This document shows, piece by piece, positions 29,534 through 39,114 of a stretch of 64,000 nt of DNA. Positions within the stretch are counted from its first letter, which is position 1. Every line of letters starts with the position of its first letter. The notes under the pieces were generated by a model. The model had not been told where the DNA came from. It worked only from the letters and a program-made list of their open reading frames with translations, and ran no database searches. The position numbers and the translations under genes are program-made. Source of the stretch: a bacterium (GTDB taxonomy: Bacteria > Electryoneota > JAOADG01); the NCBI GenBank assembly GCA_963681965.1, contig OY820579.1, positions 3,616,001-3,680,000 of the forward strand. The letters are read 5' to 3'.

Positions 29534-30936
29534 TTCACTCCCGCCGTTTGCAAATGCGCAATTAAAGCTTCGCTAATTCGCTCCAGCGCCATGCCGCGCG
29601 AGCCCTTAATCAGGATCGCATCCCCTTCGCTAACCGTAGCACACAATTCGGCGATGATATCGTCGATCGTGTCGCTATGAAATACATTCCGCATCCCATC
29701 TTCAACCAATCGCTGATGCGCATACCGACACATCTCACCGGTCGTGTAAACTGCCGATAACGGTTTCTTCGCGATCGATTCACCCAGCATCTCGTGATCG
29801 ACCCGCGACCATTTGCCCAATTCGAACATATCCCCGAGGACTGCAATGCGATGCCGGACATTCGGCAATTCGCACAATAAATCGACTGCGGCAATCATTG
29901 AGTGCAACGAGGCATTGTATTCGTCGCGAATAATCCGAACCCCGCCAACATTCACGATTTGACTCCGCATCGGAATATCCTGCAATCCTGCAATCCGGTC
30001 GGCAATTCGATCGAACGATATACCCATCGCCTGACCGATTACTCCGGCAGCCAATAAATTTTCAGTTTGATGGCGTCCCGGAAGCGGCGACCGAATGATC
30101 GTTTTTTCAATCTGAATTCCATAATTCCCTTGATCATCCGGAGCAACAACTTTTGCATGAACTACTCTCCCTTTAAATCCGCTTATCTCGCCATGCAGGG
30201 TGTAACCAACGTCATTGGTTCCCGGATACGCAACTGCGAGATCGCGAATGAAGGGATCGTCGAGATTAACGATCCTCACTGCATCCGGCAACATTTCCGA
30301 AAACAATTCACCCTTCGCTTGTGCGACGCCCCATTCGCTGCCGAAAAATTCCAAATGCGCGCGTCCGATGTGCGTGATGAGTCCAAAATCGGGTCTGCAA
30401 ATACGCGTCAGTTCCGAGATTTCACCGTACCGGTTCATTCCCAATTCGAACAATCCATACTTGTGTTCCGGTACTGCTTTAGTCAAAGTGAGCGGTACAC
30501 CCAGCAAGTTGTTGAAGTTGCCACTGGTGACTAAGCCCTCGCCTAGTTCCTTCAACACTTCCGCAGTAAACGTCTTGACCGTGGTTTTGGCATAGGAACC
30601 AGTGATGGCAATCATCGGACAATGCAGAACATTGCTCCGGAACCATCGACCCAATTCCCGCAGCGCGAGATATGTATCGGGAACTTTAATCACCCGGATT
30701 TGTTCGGGAAGATGCGGCAACATTTCAAGGTGTTTACTGACGATAACCGCAATCGCTCCCTTTTCGATCGCCGCAGTGATAAAATCGTGTCCGTCGCGTT
30801 TTTCTGTCGGAAGCGCAATAAAAAGATTGCCCGGTTGCAATAATCGCGTATCGATTGCAACGCCGGTCAGGACGCCTTCCGACGACCCCTGAAGCACGAC
30901 CGCTTTCGACAATTCTTGCAACGCACGCGACAACAT
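29530..30936 (-). CDS. murF: UDP-MurNAc-tripeptide D-Ala-D-Ala ligase
   Basis: ITGSYAKTT, NFNNLLGVP, ELGMN, DEYNAS, LGDMFELG and KGSRGM. Start ATG 30936 overlaps the murE stop (TAATG). Confidence 0.95.
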   Translation of the reverse strand: MLSRALQELSKAVVLQGSSEGVLTGVAIDTRLLQPGNLFIALPTEKRDGHDFITAAIEKGAIAVIVSKHLEMLPHLPEQIRVIKVPDTYLALRELGRWFRSNVLHCPMIAITGSYAKTTVKTFTAEVLKELGEGLVTSGNFNNLLGVPLTLTKAVPEHKYGLFELGMNRYGEISELTRICRPDFGLITHIGRAHLEFFGSEWGVAQAKGELFSEMLPDAVRIVNLDDPFIRDLAVAYPGTNDVGYTLHGEISGFKGRVVHAKVVAPDDQGNYGIQIEKTIIRSPLPGRHQTENLLAAGVIGQAMGISFDRIADRIAGLQDIPMRSQIVNVGGVRIIRDEYNASLHSMIAAVDLLCELPNVRHRIAVLGDMFELGKWSRVDHEMLGESIAKKPLSAVYTTGEMCRYAHQRLVEDGMRNVFHSDTIDDIIAELCATVSEGDAILIKGSRGMALERISEALIAHLQTAGVK

Positions 30937-32396
30937 TACTGTTTCCACCCCGCATTTTCCAATGACTGCAATACTTCCTGATAATCCGAATAAGAGTACC
31001 GAATCCCTTTTATTTCGACATACTCTTCTGCCCCTTTTCCGAGCACCAGCAATACATCCCCATCGCTCAATTCTCTGCATGCATTCGCAATTGCTAATGT
31101 CCGGTCCGCTTCAATCCGGGTATTCGCCTGAGCCGATTCCAATCCCGGTAGGATATCGTGTATGATATCCATTGGCTCTTCGAATCGCGGATTGTCGGAA
31201 GTAACGGTAATAACGTCGGCGGATGTCGCTGCAGCACCCATCAAGGGTCGTTTCGCACGATCGCGATTACCACCACATCCAAATACTACATGCAATCGAC
31301 CCGGGGTAAATTCCCGTGCGGTTCGAATCACTTTCTCCATTGCATCGGGAGTGTGTGCATAATCGATAAATGCCTTCACTGCGGGATTGGAGGGAATTCG
31401 TTGCAACCGACCTGCTACCCCACGCAAGTTCACTACCCCTTCTACGATCGCTTCCGTCGGTACTCCGATACGATCCATCAATGCGGCAACACCCAGAATA
31501 TTCTGCACATTGTATTTCCCGAAGAATTGTGCTCGGAATTTTACCGGTCCACCAGTCAATCCGGTTACGCTGAATTCGAGACCCATATCGTTGTAGCGGA
31601 TATTCGAGGCTCGATAATCAGCATCCAATTGATCGATACCAAACGATTCAACACCCTTATCTGCCAGCAATCGCGCGGCATAAGGATCGTCTTTGTTCAC
31701 CAGGCGAATACGCGAAATTGCGTCGGTCAGAAACATCATCGCTTTTGCTTGAAAGTACTTTTCCATCGTTTCGTGGAAGTCGAGATGATCTTGCGTCAAA
31801 TTCGTCCACACGGCACCGGCAAACTCAATTCCATACACCCGATGAAGCGCTAGCGCGTGCGAAGAGACTTCCATTGCGACAAATTGATCGCCAGCGGCAA
31901 CCGCATCGGCAAGCAATCCCTGCAGTTCCAGCGATTCCGGGGTAGTATGGACGGCATTGCGATGTTTACCACCGATGATATAACCGATCGTACCGAATAC
32001 GGAACACTTGTAACCCGCTGCTGCTAAGATCGATTGCGCGATGTAGGTACTGGTGGTTTTTCCATTCGATCCGGTGAATCCGAGTATTTTGAGTTTCTTA
32101 GCCGGCTCATTGTACCAGATTGCCGCAGCTTTCGCCAATGCGATTCGCGCATTTGGAACCGAGATGTATTGTACATTCGGTGGTAGAATCGCATCTTTAT
32201 ACTCACCGACAATAACCGTCGCACCTTGCGATACCGCATCGGGAATAAAACTGTGTCCGTCTTGAGCCGTACCGGTAATCGCAAAAAACACACTGCCGGG
32301 AACCACGCGACGGGAATCGTACGCTAGACTGGTAGCCATCCTGTCGCCAAACAGTTCGCGATGTGACGGGAAGAGGTCTGCCAATCGATTACTCAA
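30936..32396 (-). CDS. murE: UDP-MurNAc-dipeptide meso-DAP ligase
   Basis: TGSNGKTT, MEVSSH, DHLDFH, DYAHTPD and DNPR (DAP-type) motifs. Confidence 0.96.
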   Translation of the reverse strand: MSNRLADLFPSHRELFGDRMATSLAYDSRRVVPGSVFFAITGTAQDGHSFIPDAVSQGATVIVGEYKDAILPPNVQYISVPNARIALAKAAAIWYNEPAKKLKILGFTGSNGKTTSTYIAQSILAAAGYKCSVFGTIGYIIGGKHRNAVHTTPESLELQGLLADAVAAGDQFVAMEVSSHALALHRVYGIEFAGAVWTNLTQDHLDFHETMEKYFQAKAMMFLTDAISRIRLVNKDDPYAARLLADKGVESFGIDQLDADYRASNIRYNDMGLEFSVTGLTGGPVKFRAQFFGKYNVQNILGVAALMDRIGVPTEAIVEGVVNLRGVAGRLQRIPSNPAVKAFIDYAHTPDAMEKVIRTAREFTPGRLHVVFGCGGNRDRAKRPLMGAAATSADVITVTSDNPRFEEPMDIIHDILPGLESAQANTRIEADRTLAIANACRELSDGDVLLVLGKGAEEYVEIKGIRYSYSDYQEVLQSLENAGWKQ

Positions 32397-34522
32397 AAAG
32401 AACCCCCCTCACACATCAAGATGACCGCTGAATGTGGTTGAACCGGCGTACCGGCGATCGGATTCTGCGACAGTACCCTTCCGACACCTTTCACCGTGGG
32501 TACTAGTTCGATCGAAGAGAGTTCGTTGATTGCCGTGCGAATTGACTTACTGACGAGATTAGGTACCGTCACCATATCCGATTGCGACACTCCGCTTGCA
32601 AGAATTAACCGGATCCGATTTCCTGTCGTGACAAATCCCGCAGGTGGATCCTGACGTACGATTCGGTTTCCTTTTCCCTCGAACTCAATATTCCAACCCA
32701 ACGACATCCGCCCTGCAACCGTCGGTGAGAATCCAGTTAAATCGGGCGTCACACGTCCTGAAGGCGACATTCCAACATAGCTCACCGGAACCGATTGCGT
32801 CGATGTCGAAGGCAATGTCTTCAATAATCGTGAAACAATTTTCCGCCAGCAGGGTGCCGCTACGATACCGCCGTATTTACTGCCCGCGCGCGGATCGTCG
32901 ACGACGACGGCACAAACCAATTTCGGATTGTCAATCGGTGCAATACCGATGAAGTTGGCGACGGTATGACCTTCCATGTAACCGCCATGCTCGCTCAATT
33001 TCTTCGCAGTACCGGTCTTGCCGCCGACGTTGATCCCTTCGATCAAGGCTTCTTTACCGGTTCCCATAATTGTCACGCGGTGTAACAGTTGCAGCATGGT
33101 CGCCGCAGTCTGCGCTGAAACCGGTCGTGCCCACACTTCCGGATCATATTCGTCGGATACTTGATCGGTCCAATCGATCCGCTTGATCAGTTGCGGATGC
33201 ATTAACACACCTTCGTTCGCCAGTGCGGAATAACCTGCCGTCATCTGCAATGCCGTGACACTGATACCGTGACCGTAGGAGATCGTCGCCTGAGATAGCG
33301 TACTCCAGTTGTCCAGTGACGGCATCATACCCGGCTGCTCCACCGGTAAGCCGGAATGACTGCGTTGCACGAACCCGAATTTTTTAATCCCGTTGCGGAA
33401 TGTTTCCGGACGCAAACGCAACGCCAATTGCAGCGTCACGATATTCGACGATTTAGCGAAACCGTCTTCTACCGATAGCGGACCGCATTTGTGATCGTCG
33501 TGAATTACTTTTCCGCACATCGCATAGGAACCACCGAACGTATTGATAATCTCATCGAGACGGGTATTGGTATTCTCCAACACGGTCGCGAACGTAAACG
33601 TCTTCATCGTGCTTCCCGGTTCGAATAAGTCGTACACGGGGCGCGGTCGGAAGCCGAGTGAGTCGGACGGCGACGGATTGTTCGGATCGAAACTGGGATA
33701 GTTCGCAATGGCAAGTATTTCGCCGGTTTGCGGAATCATCACGATCGCATAACCGCATTGCGCTTTAAATTCGTCGACGGTCGCTGCCAATTCCTCTTCG
33801 ACGATTTGTTGCGCCACGGCATCGATTGTGGTCGTTACATCGGCGCCGTTGATCGCTGGCATAATCGGGTTGTCGAGATCGAGGGTCGAAGCATTCGTCC
33901 CGATCCGTACCCGGTACATCTTTCCCGGAACGCCGGACAATTGCTTATTGAGGCTGCGCTCCAGTCCAAATATTCCCCGGTTCTGGATATCGACTTTTCC
34001 AATCGTCGATGCCGCACAAGCACTGGGATAGAACCGTGCCGATTCGTATGTCTTTACCACCCCGTCGATTTTCAACGCTTCGAATCGTTCTACATCTTCC
34101 GGCATTCGTCGTTTTTCCAACACGACATATCGCTGTGAATCGACTTTCAATCGATCGAGGTAATAACTACTGGGACGATGGAAATATTTCGCCAAGGTAT
34201 CGGCAAGTGCGCGCTGCGAGATCTTCAAACTCTTTTTATCGACGCCAACCGTGAGCACTTTCAGATTCGTTGCCAACGGTACGCCGTTGCGGTCGAGAAT
34301 TTTTCCGCGTTCCGGTTGAATCGGTTCGACATGCTGGTATTGATCGATCGCGATCGCATGCACTTCTTCCCATCGCGCTGTCTGCCAATAGACGTAGCGC
34401 CCGGCACCGATCAACAGCAAACCGACGATGGCAAAAATCATCCATCGAATACGCAAACGGTATTCGGCGTCTTCGATCGCTTTGAAATTTCTTTGAAAAT
34501 CCGGGGGAACCCACCCAAACAT
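32393..34522 (-). CDS. ftsI: Class B penicillin-binding protein with PASTA domains
   Basis: RGKILDRNG, EPGSTMK, SSN and KTGTA motifs plus C-terminal PASTA-like repeats. dcw position. Confidence 0.92.
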   Translation of the reverse strand: MFGWVPPDFQRNFKAIEDAEYRLRIRWMIFAIVGLLLIGAGRYVYWQTARWEEVHAIAIDQYQHVEPIQPERGKILDRNGVPLATNLKVLTVGVDKKSLKISQRALADTLAKYFHRPSSYYLDRLKVDSQRYVVLEKRRMPEDVERFEALKIDGVVKTYESARFYPSACAASTIGKVDIQNRGIFGLERSLNKQLSGVPGKMYRVRIGTNASTLDLDNPIMPAINGADVTTTIDAVAQQIVEEELAATVDEFKAQCGYAIVMIPQTGEILAIANYPSFDPNNPSPSDSLGFRPRPVYDLFEPGSTMKTFTFATVLENTNTRLDEIINTFGGSYAMCGKVIHDDHKCGPLSVEDGFAKSSNIVTLQLALRLRPETFRNGIKKFGFVQRSHSGLPVEQPGMMPSLDNWSTLSQATISYGHGISVTALQMTAGYSALANEGVLMHPQLIKRIDWTDQVSDEYDPEVWARPVSAQTAATMLQLLHRVTIMGTGKEALIEGINVGGKTGTAKKLSEHGGYMEGHTVANFIGIAPIDNPKLVCAVVVDDPRAGSKYGGIVAAPCWRKIVSRLLKTLPSTSTQSVPVSYVGMSPSGRVTPDLTGFSPTVAGRMSLGWNIEFEGKGNRIVRQDPPAGFVTTGNRIRLILASGVSQSDMVTVPNLVSKSIRTAINELSSIELVPTVKGVGRVLSQNPIAGTPVQPHSAVILMCEGGSF

Positions 34523-34531
34523 ATCTGCCTC

Positions 34532-34975
34532 TTAATTACTCGTCGGTCGGGTCGATTTGGAAAATTGCTGTGTGAATGAATTCGGTGACTGATTGCTTTC
34601 ATTGTGCCGTCGCTTCTGATACAGTGCCAGATGGCGTTTGTCGAATTGATCGGTCGGAACCGGCAATGCCTGCGTGACTTGTGTCGAACCGACAAATCCC
34701 AGCGCTTGCGCTTTGTGTGCAATCGCATCGAATTTCATTAATTCGTTCAGTCGCGCCTGCTTGCTCATCTGCAATCGCTTCATCGAGCTGATCGATCGTT
34801 GCGCAATATCGATTTGTTGCACGGTAACCTGATTGTGATAATTGAAATAGGAAATCGATCCGATTCCGGCAAACAGAACCAGTACAAATAGCGTCGTTCG
34901 ACGCAGCCGACGTTTCGTAAGTTCGCGCGACGGTTCGGGAATAATGAAAATGCTGCGAATTACTTGTTCACTCAT
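34532..34975 (-). CDS. ftsL: FtsL-like bitopic coiled-coil protein
   Basis: TM plus coiled coil, AQALG motif, between rsmH and ftsI. Confidence 0.7.
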   Translation of the reverse strand: MSEQVIRSIFIIPEPSRELTKRRLRRTTLFVLVLFAGIGSISYFNYHNQVTVQQIDIAQRSISSMKRLQMSKQARLNELMKFDAIAHKAQALGFVGSTQVTQALPVPTDQFDKRHLALYQKRRHNESNQSPNSFTQQFSKSTRPTSN

Positions 34976-35892
34976 CGGGTACCTCCTCGTACTGCCGAAC
35001 GCAACACTGCCGAAGCGGCGCGGCTATTATTCCGACATTCGCCGGGAACCGCTTTCGCGGGCAGGGTGTTGACTGCAGACCAATACCGCTCACCGGTGCG
35101 GGAGCGTTGGGGATCGAGTGACGGCGAATGTGCCGCGAACTCTGATTTCACGATTTTTGCTTCACCGGAATGAAATGTCAGAATAGCAATTTTTCCGCCG
35201 GTAGCAAGTTTGTCGCGCGCGCATTCCAGCAACGCTTGCAACTCGCCGTATTCGTCGTTCAAGGCAATTCGCAGCGACTGAAGAAAACGCGCAATCACAT
35301 TTCCGGGTAATGTTTCGACTTTTCCGAATCCCGCCTGAAGCGCTTCGCGAATCGTATTGACTTCACCCGCAATTGCCGCCGCGTGGAGTGGATCGGCAAT
35401 CTTGTGTGAATGAATAAAATCGCCTCCGACATCGAGCGCGTGTACGATTTCAGCGCTGGAAACTTGTGCCAACCATTCCGCCGCAGTCATTTGATTCAAT
35501 CCCATCCGGAGATCGAGTGGCGCATCGAGATTGGAAAGAGAAAATCCTCGATCTGTGGAATCGAGTTGAGGCGAGGAGACCCCTAGGTCTGCCAGAACGC
35601 CGTCAATTTGATTCCAGTTCAACATTTCCAATACCTTCCGAATATTTCCAAACCGTTCTTGGATGACTGTCACACGTGGATCGGTTGCGAATTTCGCATT
35701 TAATGCCGTGATCGCTTGCGGGTCGCGATCGAAAATCAACACCTTTGCTGTTGGATCAAGCCGGTTGAGTAATTCCTGCGCATGTCCACCGCCGCCGCCG
35801 GTAACATCGAGATAGCGACCGGTTGGAAGGGAGAGGCAGGCTTCGACTGTTTCCCGCAGTAACACGGGCAAGTGTCGAAACGGCTCGATCAA
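34972..35892 (-). CDS. rsmH: 16S rRNA m4C1402 methyltransferase
   Basis: HLPVL, DVTGGGGGH, DLGVSSPQLD, LDLRM, LRIALNDE and TFHSGE motifs. Confidence 0.92.
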   Translation of the reverse strand: MIEPFRHLPVLLRETVEACLSLPTGRYLDVTGGGGGHAQELLNRLDPTAKVLIFDRDPQAITALNAKFATDPRVTVIQERFGNIRKVLEMLNWNQIDGVLADLGVSSPQLDSTDRGFSLSNLDAPLDLRMGLNQMTAAEWLAQVSSAEIVHALDVGGDFIHSHKIADPLHAAAIAGEVNTIREALQAGFGKVETLPGNVIARFLQSLRIALNDEYGELQALLECARDKLATGGKIAILTFHSGEAKIVKSEFAAHSPSLDPQRSRTGERYWSAVNTLPAKAVPGECRNNSRAASAVLRSAVRGGTR

Positions 35893-36386
35893 CAGATTTC
35901 CTGAAAGAGCTGTGCCGGGTTATCGGCGGATTCTTGAAGCGCGAGGTAGCGATTGAATGCAACCTCGGAAAACAACCAAGCATATTTACCAAAGCCAATG
36001 ACAACTGCGCGGAGGCAATTGTCCCAAGCGAAACTAGTCGGTAAATCTACCAGTTTTGGAAGCGTAAGTCGATAATCTTTGTTAACTTCTATGACGGAGA
36101 AGTCGCGATAAAGTTGTCGGCGGAGGGCGGGACGATCTTGTTCCGGAAGTTGTCCGATGCGATCTTCGATAATGGCATACAGCACAGGTGCCGGGTGGAT
36201 TTGGAGACAATTTTGTTTATCGTTGCGAAGCCAAATAAGTTCGGGCTGATCGGTAACCGGGAGCAACGGGCGTCGAAGTGGAGCTGGCAAGATGATGCGG
36301 TGCGAGGAGGCGGAGTTCTCTTCGAGTGCGATGAAATGCGGTCCCGGCGGTATCGCCCTATATTCTCCAACTGGATTACTATTCAT
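35889..36386 (-). CDS. mraZ: Divergent MraZ-like protein
   Basis: First gene of the dcw cluster. RIILPAPLR and RLTLP repeats resemble the two AbrB-like halves, but the DxxGR motifs are altered. Confidence 0.6.
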   Translation of the reverse strand: MNSNPVGEYRAIPPGPHFIALEENSASSHRIILPAPLRRPLLPVTDQPELIWLRNDKQNCLQIHPAPVLYAIIEDRIGQLPEQDRPALRRQLYRDFSVIEVNKDYRLTLPKLVDLPTSFAWDNCLRAVVIGFGKYAWLFSEVAFNRYLALQESADNPAQLFQEIC

Positions 36387-36755
36387 TCCTAATTCCTCCG
36401 TCCGGGGATAAGTAAGAACATTTTCGAGGGAAAGTCAACTACTTCCTCGCTTGTCCGGCTTTTTATGACTCAAGAAACCTTGATTTTATGTCGATAGCAG
36501 ACAGTTTTCAGTAATGTTTCACAGATTTCGGGGCTTTAAATAAGCATTTCTAATGACATATTGAAAAGTGTTTCAAAAAGAACAAGTTACTAACTCTAAG
36601 AGGTATCAGATGTTAACTCGATCCTCTGGAAAAACAACGTCAAAGTATATGTGACTGTTGCAATCATCGAGTTTAACTAGAGTTTCCAAAACTCTGTCAA
36701 AAATACTTGATAACCTTAGACTTCTGAGGTTCCAAAGAAAGGGATCGTTAGGATA

Positions 36756-38114
36756 GTGATGGGAAAAGTTCGGATTCTAATTGTTTCATTATTGGTTATT
36801 TGGATGTTAACGCCATGTCTCGCCGAGCTGAGCAGCGTCCGGTTGACAATCTTTACCCGCGATTTGATGCAAATCAAAGAAACACATTCTGTTACATTGA
36901 ATTCCGGGATTCAAACCCTCATCTTCCCACAACCGATTCCGCACCTGTCTGTCTCGTCGTTGCGCATCGATCCAGTCGTTTCCGATGCCAGTGTCCGCGC
37001 AATTTCTTCGCTATATCAGCAGGAAGCACTCGACATGGCATCGATTTGGGGTCTATATAACGGTCGCTGGGTCAGTTTTCAGCAGGGTAGTGAAGTGTTT
37101 CGCGGTAAATTAATCCGTGTTACTGACACGCATATCTATTTGCAACCCGATTCGACCATGACCCGGGTAGAAATAATCGATAAAAATGTCCTGAATTCGA
37201 TCGCATTTGACTCCCTACCGGCTCCTGCCGCCGGTAGTTCACGGTTTGAGTGGAAAGCCTTTAGCCGCTTCGATCAAACGATCCCGGTTCGAATTTCCTA
37301 TATGACATCTGGAGCAAATTGGCGCGCTGCCTACCATCTTTGGCTTACCGACCCGAATGCTGGCTTGCTGCAAGGTGAATATTCGATCGAGAACACTACT
37401 AGTCGCAATTTTATGCAAGCCGAGGTAGAATTGATCGCCGGCGATCCCCAGCTAACTCTGGACGATGGACCGATCGAGAAAATGGTCACGGCAAAAAGCG
37501 GTACGAATGCTGCATCGACCGCTTGGCAAGGCTATCAGCGCTATCTCCTCCCCTCACCGGTCGATTTACCGGCGCATAGTGCGGTCCAAATGGAACTTCT
37601 GCCGGTAATTCCGGTTGCCGGTGAAACACGCTATATTCTGGAAAATGCGACGGTGCAAAGTGCCACGATCCATCGTGAGTTTACCTTTCATCTGCCTGAT
37701 TCGCACCAGCAGGCACTGCCGTGGGGCGAAGTTACGATCTACGGCGATACTGTAAACGGTGGCACATTTATTGGCGAGGATTATCTCGGACCAGCATCGT
37801 CCGGAAGTCTGTTATCGGTTTCGACCGGTGGCGTATTCGATCTGTCGGCGAAGAAAGAGCGAATTTCCTATCAGCGAAAAAATCGCAATGATGCCGAAGA
37901 GACATATCGGATTTCGATTTCGAGTGCGATGTCAGAAAATATTACGCTCGTCGTCCGCGAAGCGATTTACGGTAATTGGCGTTTGCTGCATTCAAATTCG
38001 AAAGCCGGAACAATCGATCCAACGACTACAAATGCCGCTGCGATCGAATGGCAATTAAAAATTCCCGCACAAAGTGAAGAGATTTTGGAGTATTCCCTTG
38101 AAAAGACCCGCTAA
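36756..38114 (+). CDS. DUF4139-like secreted protein
   Basis: Signal peptide, LTIF..IKET, SYMTSGANWRAAY, IENTT..ELIAGD and LPWGEVTIY..FIGED patterns. Confidence 0.75.
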   Translation: MMGKVRILIVSLLVIWMLTPCLAELSSVRLTIFTRDLMQIKETHSVTLNSGIQTLIFPQPIPHLSVSSLRIDPVVSDASVRAISSLYQQEALDMASIWGLYNGRWVSFQQGSEVFRGKLIRVTDTHIYLQPDSTMTRVEIIDKNVLNSIAFDSLPAPAAGSSRFEWKAFSRFDQTIPVRISYMTSGANWRAAYHLWLTDPNAGLLQGEYSIENTTSRNFMQAEVELIAGDPQLTLDDGPIEKMVTAKSGTNAASTAWQGYQRYLLPSPVDLPAHSAVQMELLPVIPVAGETRYILENATVQSATIHREFTFHLPDSHQQALPWGEVTIYGDTVNGGTFIGEDYLGPASSGSLLSVSTGGVFDLSAKKERISYQRKNRNDAEETYRISISSAMSENITLVVREAIYGNWRLLHSNSKAGTIDPTTTNAAAIEWQLKIPAQSEEILEYSLEKTR

Positions 38115-38124
38115 CTTGCTACCA

Positions 38125-39114
38125 ATGCCTCTCAAGCGAACCATGTCCGGTTTATTCGGTTGCATCCTGATTTCGGCAATCCTCGTTCTGTCTGGATGTC
38201 CAAAAGACAAGAAGAGTCCGACCGGACCGTATAGTGCGCTGGAACTTCGACAACTCTTATCCAACGGTACACATCCGATCGTCTCGCCCGATGGCGAACG
38301 AATCCTTTTCCGTCGCGGTGGTTCGTGGTATCTTGCCGCGTACGATGGTACTACCACCACCGGATTTTCCATATCGCCGACTCCAACCAGTGAAATCGTT
38401 TGGTTGCGCGATGCCAACCGCAGTAGTTTCCGAGCTGTGTATTCCGCTAGTGGTGCCAGTGGTACCGCGAATAACGGCATCTTCATGATCAACTTGACTA
38501 CCGGTCGCACTGTGCAATTGTACGGTTCCGGTCGCGATCCGCAGCCTTGGGAAATCCCCGACGATACGTTACGAATCGTCTTCGAAGAGACCAATTCGAT
38601 GGCAGGCAGCGGTATCGCAGTTTTCAATTATGTCACCGAACAAGTGCAATACTTGAAGTTACTCGGCAATCATCCCGCCCCTGCCCCGAACGGTCAAATG
38701 ATTGCTTACCTTGGCGGACAAAGTGGCGATAAACCTGCTTATGCCCGGGCTTCCGAGAATTGGACCGAACATCAACTCTCGAACATCACTGCAACCCATA
38801 TTCAGGCACTCGACTCAGCAACCGTCTGTTTCGATTCCTATCCCGGATCGGGAACCGGTCTCAATCCCGCAATTTATCGTGTCGATGTGAATCATCTCCC
38901 TGCGCAAATCTGGTTCGACAATGCCGGATCACCTCATGCTGCTGCGAATGGCGCGCTCGCATACCTCGGCATCATCTCATCCAGTCGCACCGCACTGCGG
39001 CTCTATCGCGCTGGCAATAATTATCAAATCACCGAAAATGCTGTATTCTTCAGCATCAACGCCTCGGGACAAATAGTCTTCGAAGAGGCGGGAAGTTTAT
39101 GGTACACCAATTAA
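38125..39114 (+). CDS. TolB-like beta-propeller lipoprotein
   Basis: Lipobox LSGC. PD40-like motifs PIVSPDGERILF and PAPAPNGQMIAY. Confidence 0.7.
   Translation: MPLKRTMSGLFGCILISAILVLSGCPKDKKSPTGPYSALELRQLLSNGTHPIVSPDGERILFRRGGSWYLAAYDGTTTTGFSISPTPTSEIVWLRDANRSSFRAVYSASGASGTANNGIFMINLTTGRTVQLYGSGRDPQPWEIPDDTLRIVFEETNSMAGSGIAVFNYVTEQVQYLKLLGNHPAPAPNGQMIAYLGGQSGDKPAYARASENWTEHQLSNITATHIQALDSATVCFDSYPGSGTGLNPAIYRVDVNHLPAQIWFDNAGSPHAAANGALAYLGIISSSRTALRLYRAGNNYQITENAVFFSINASGQIVFEEAGSLWYTN

Noticed and set aside
21308-35666. Numerous plus-strand ORFs of 60-250 aa across the dcw cluster
   Set aside because: Antisense shadows of well-supported minus-strand genes.
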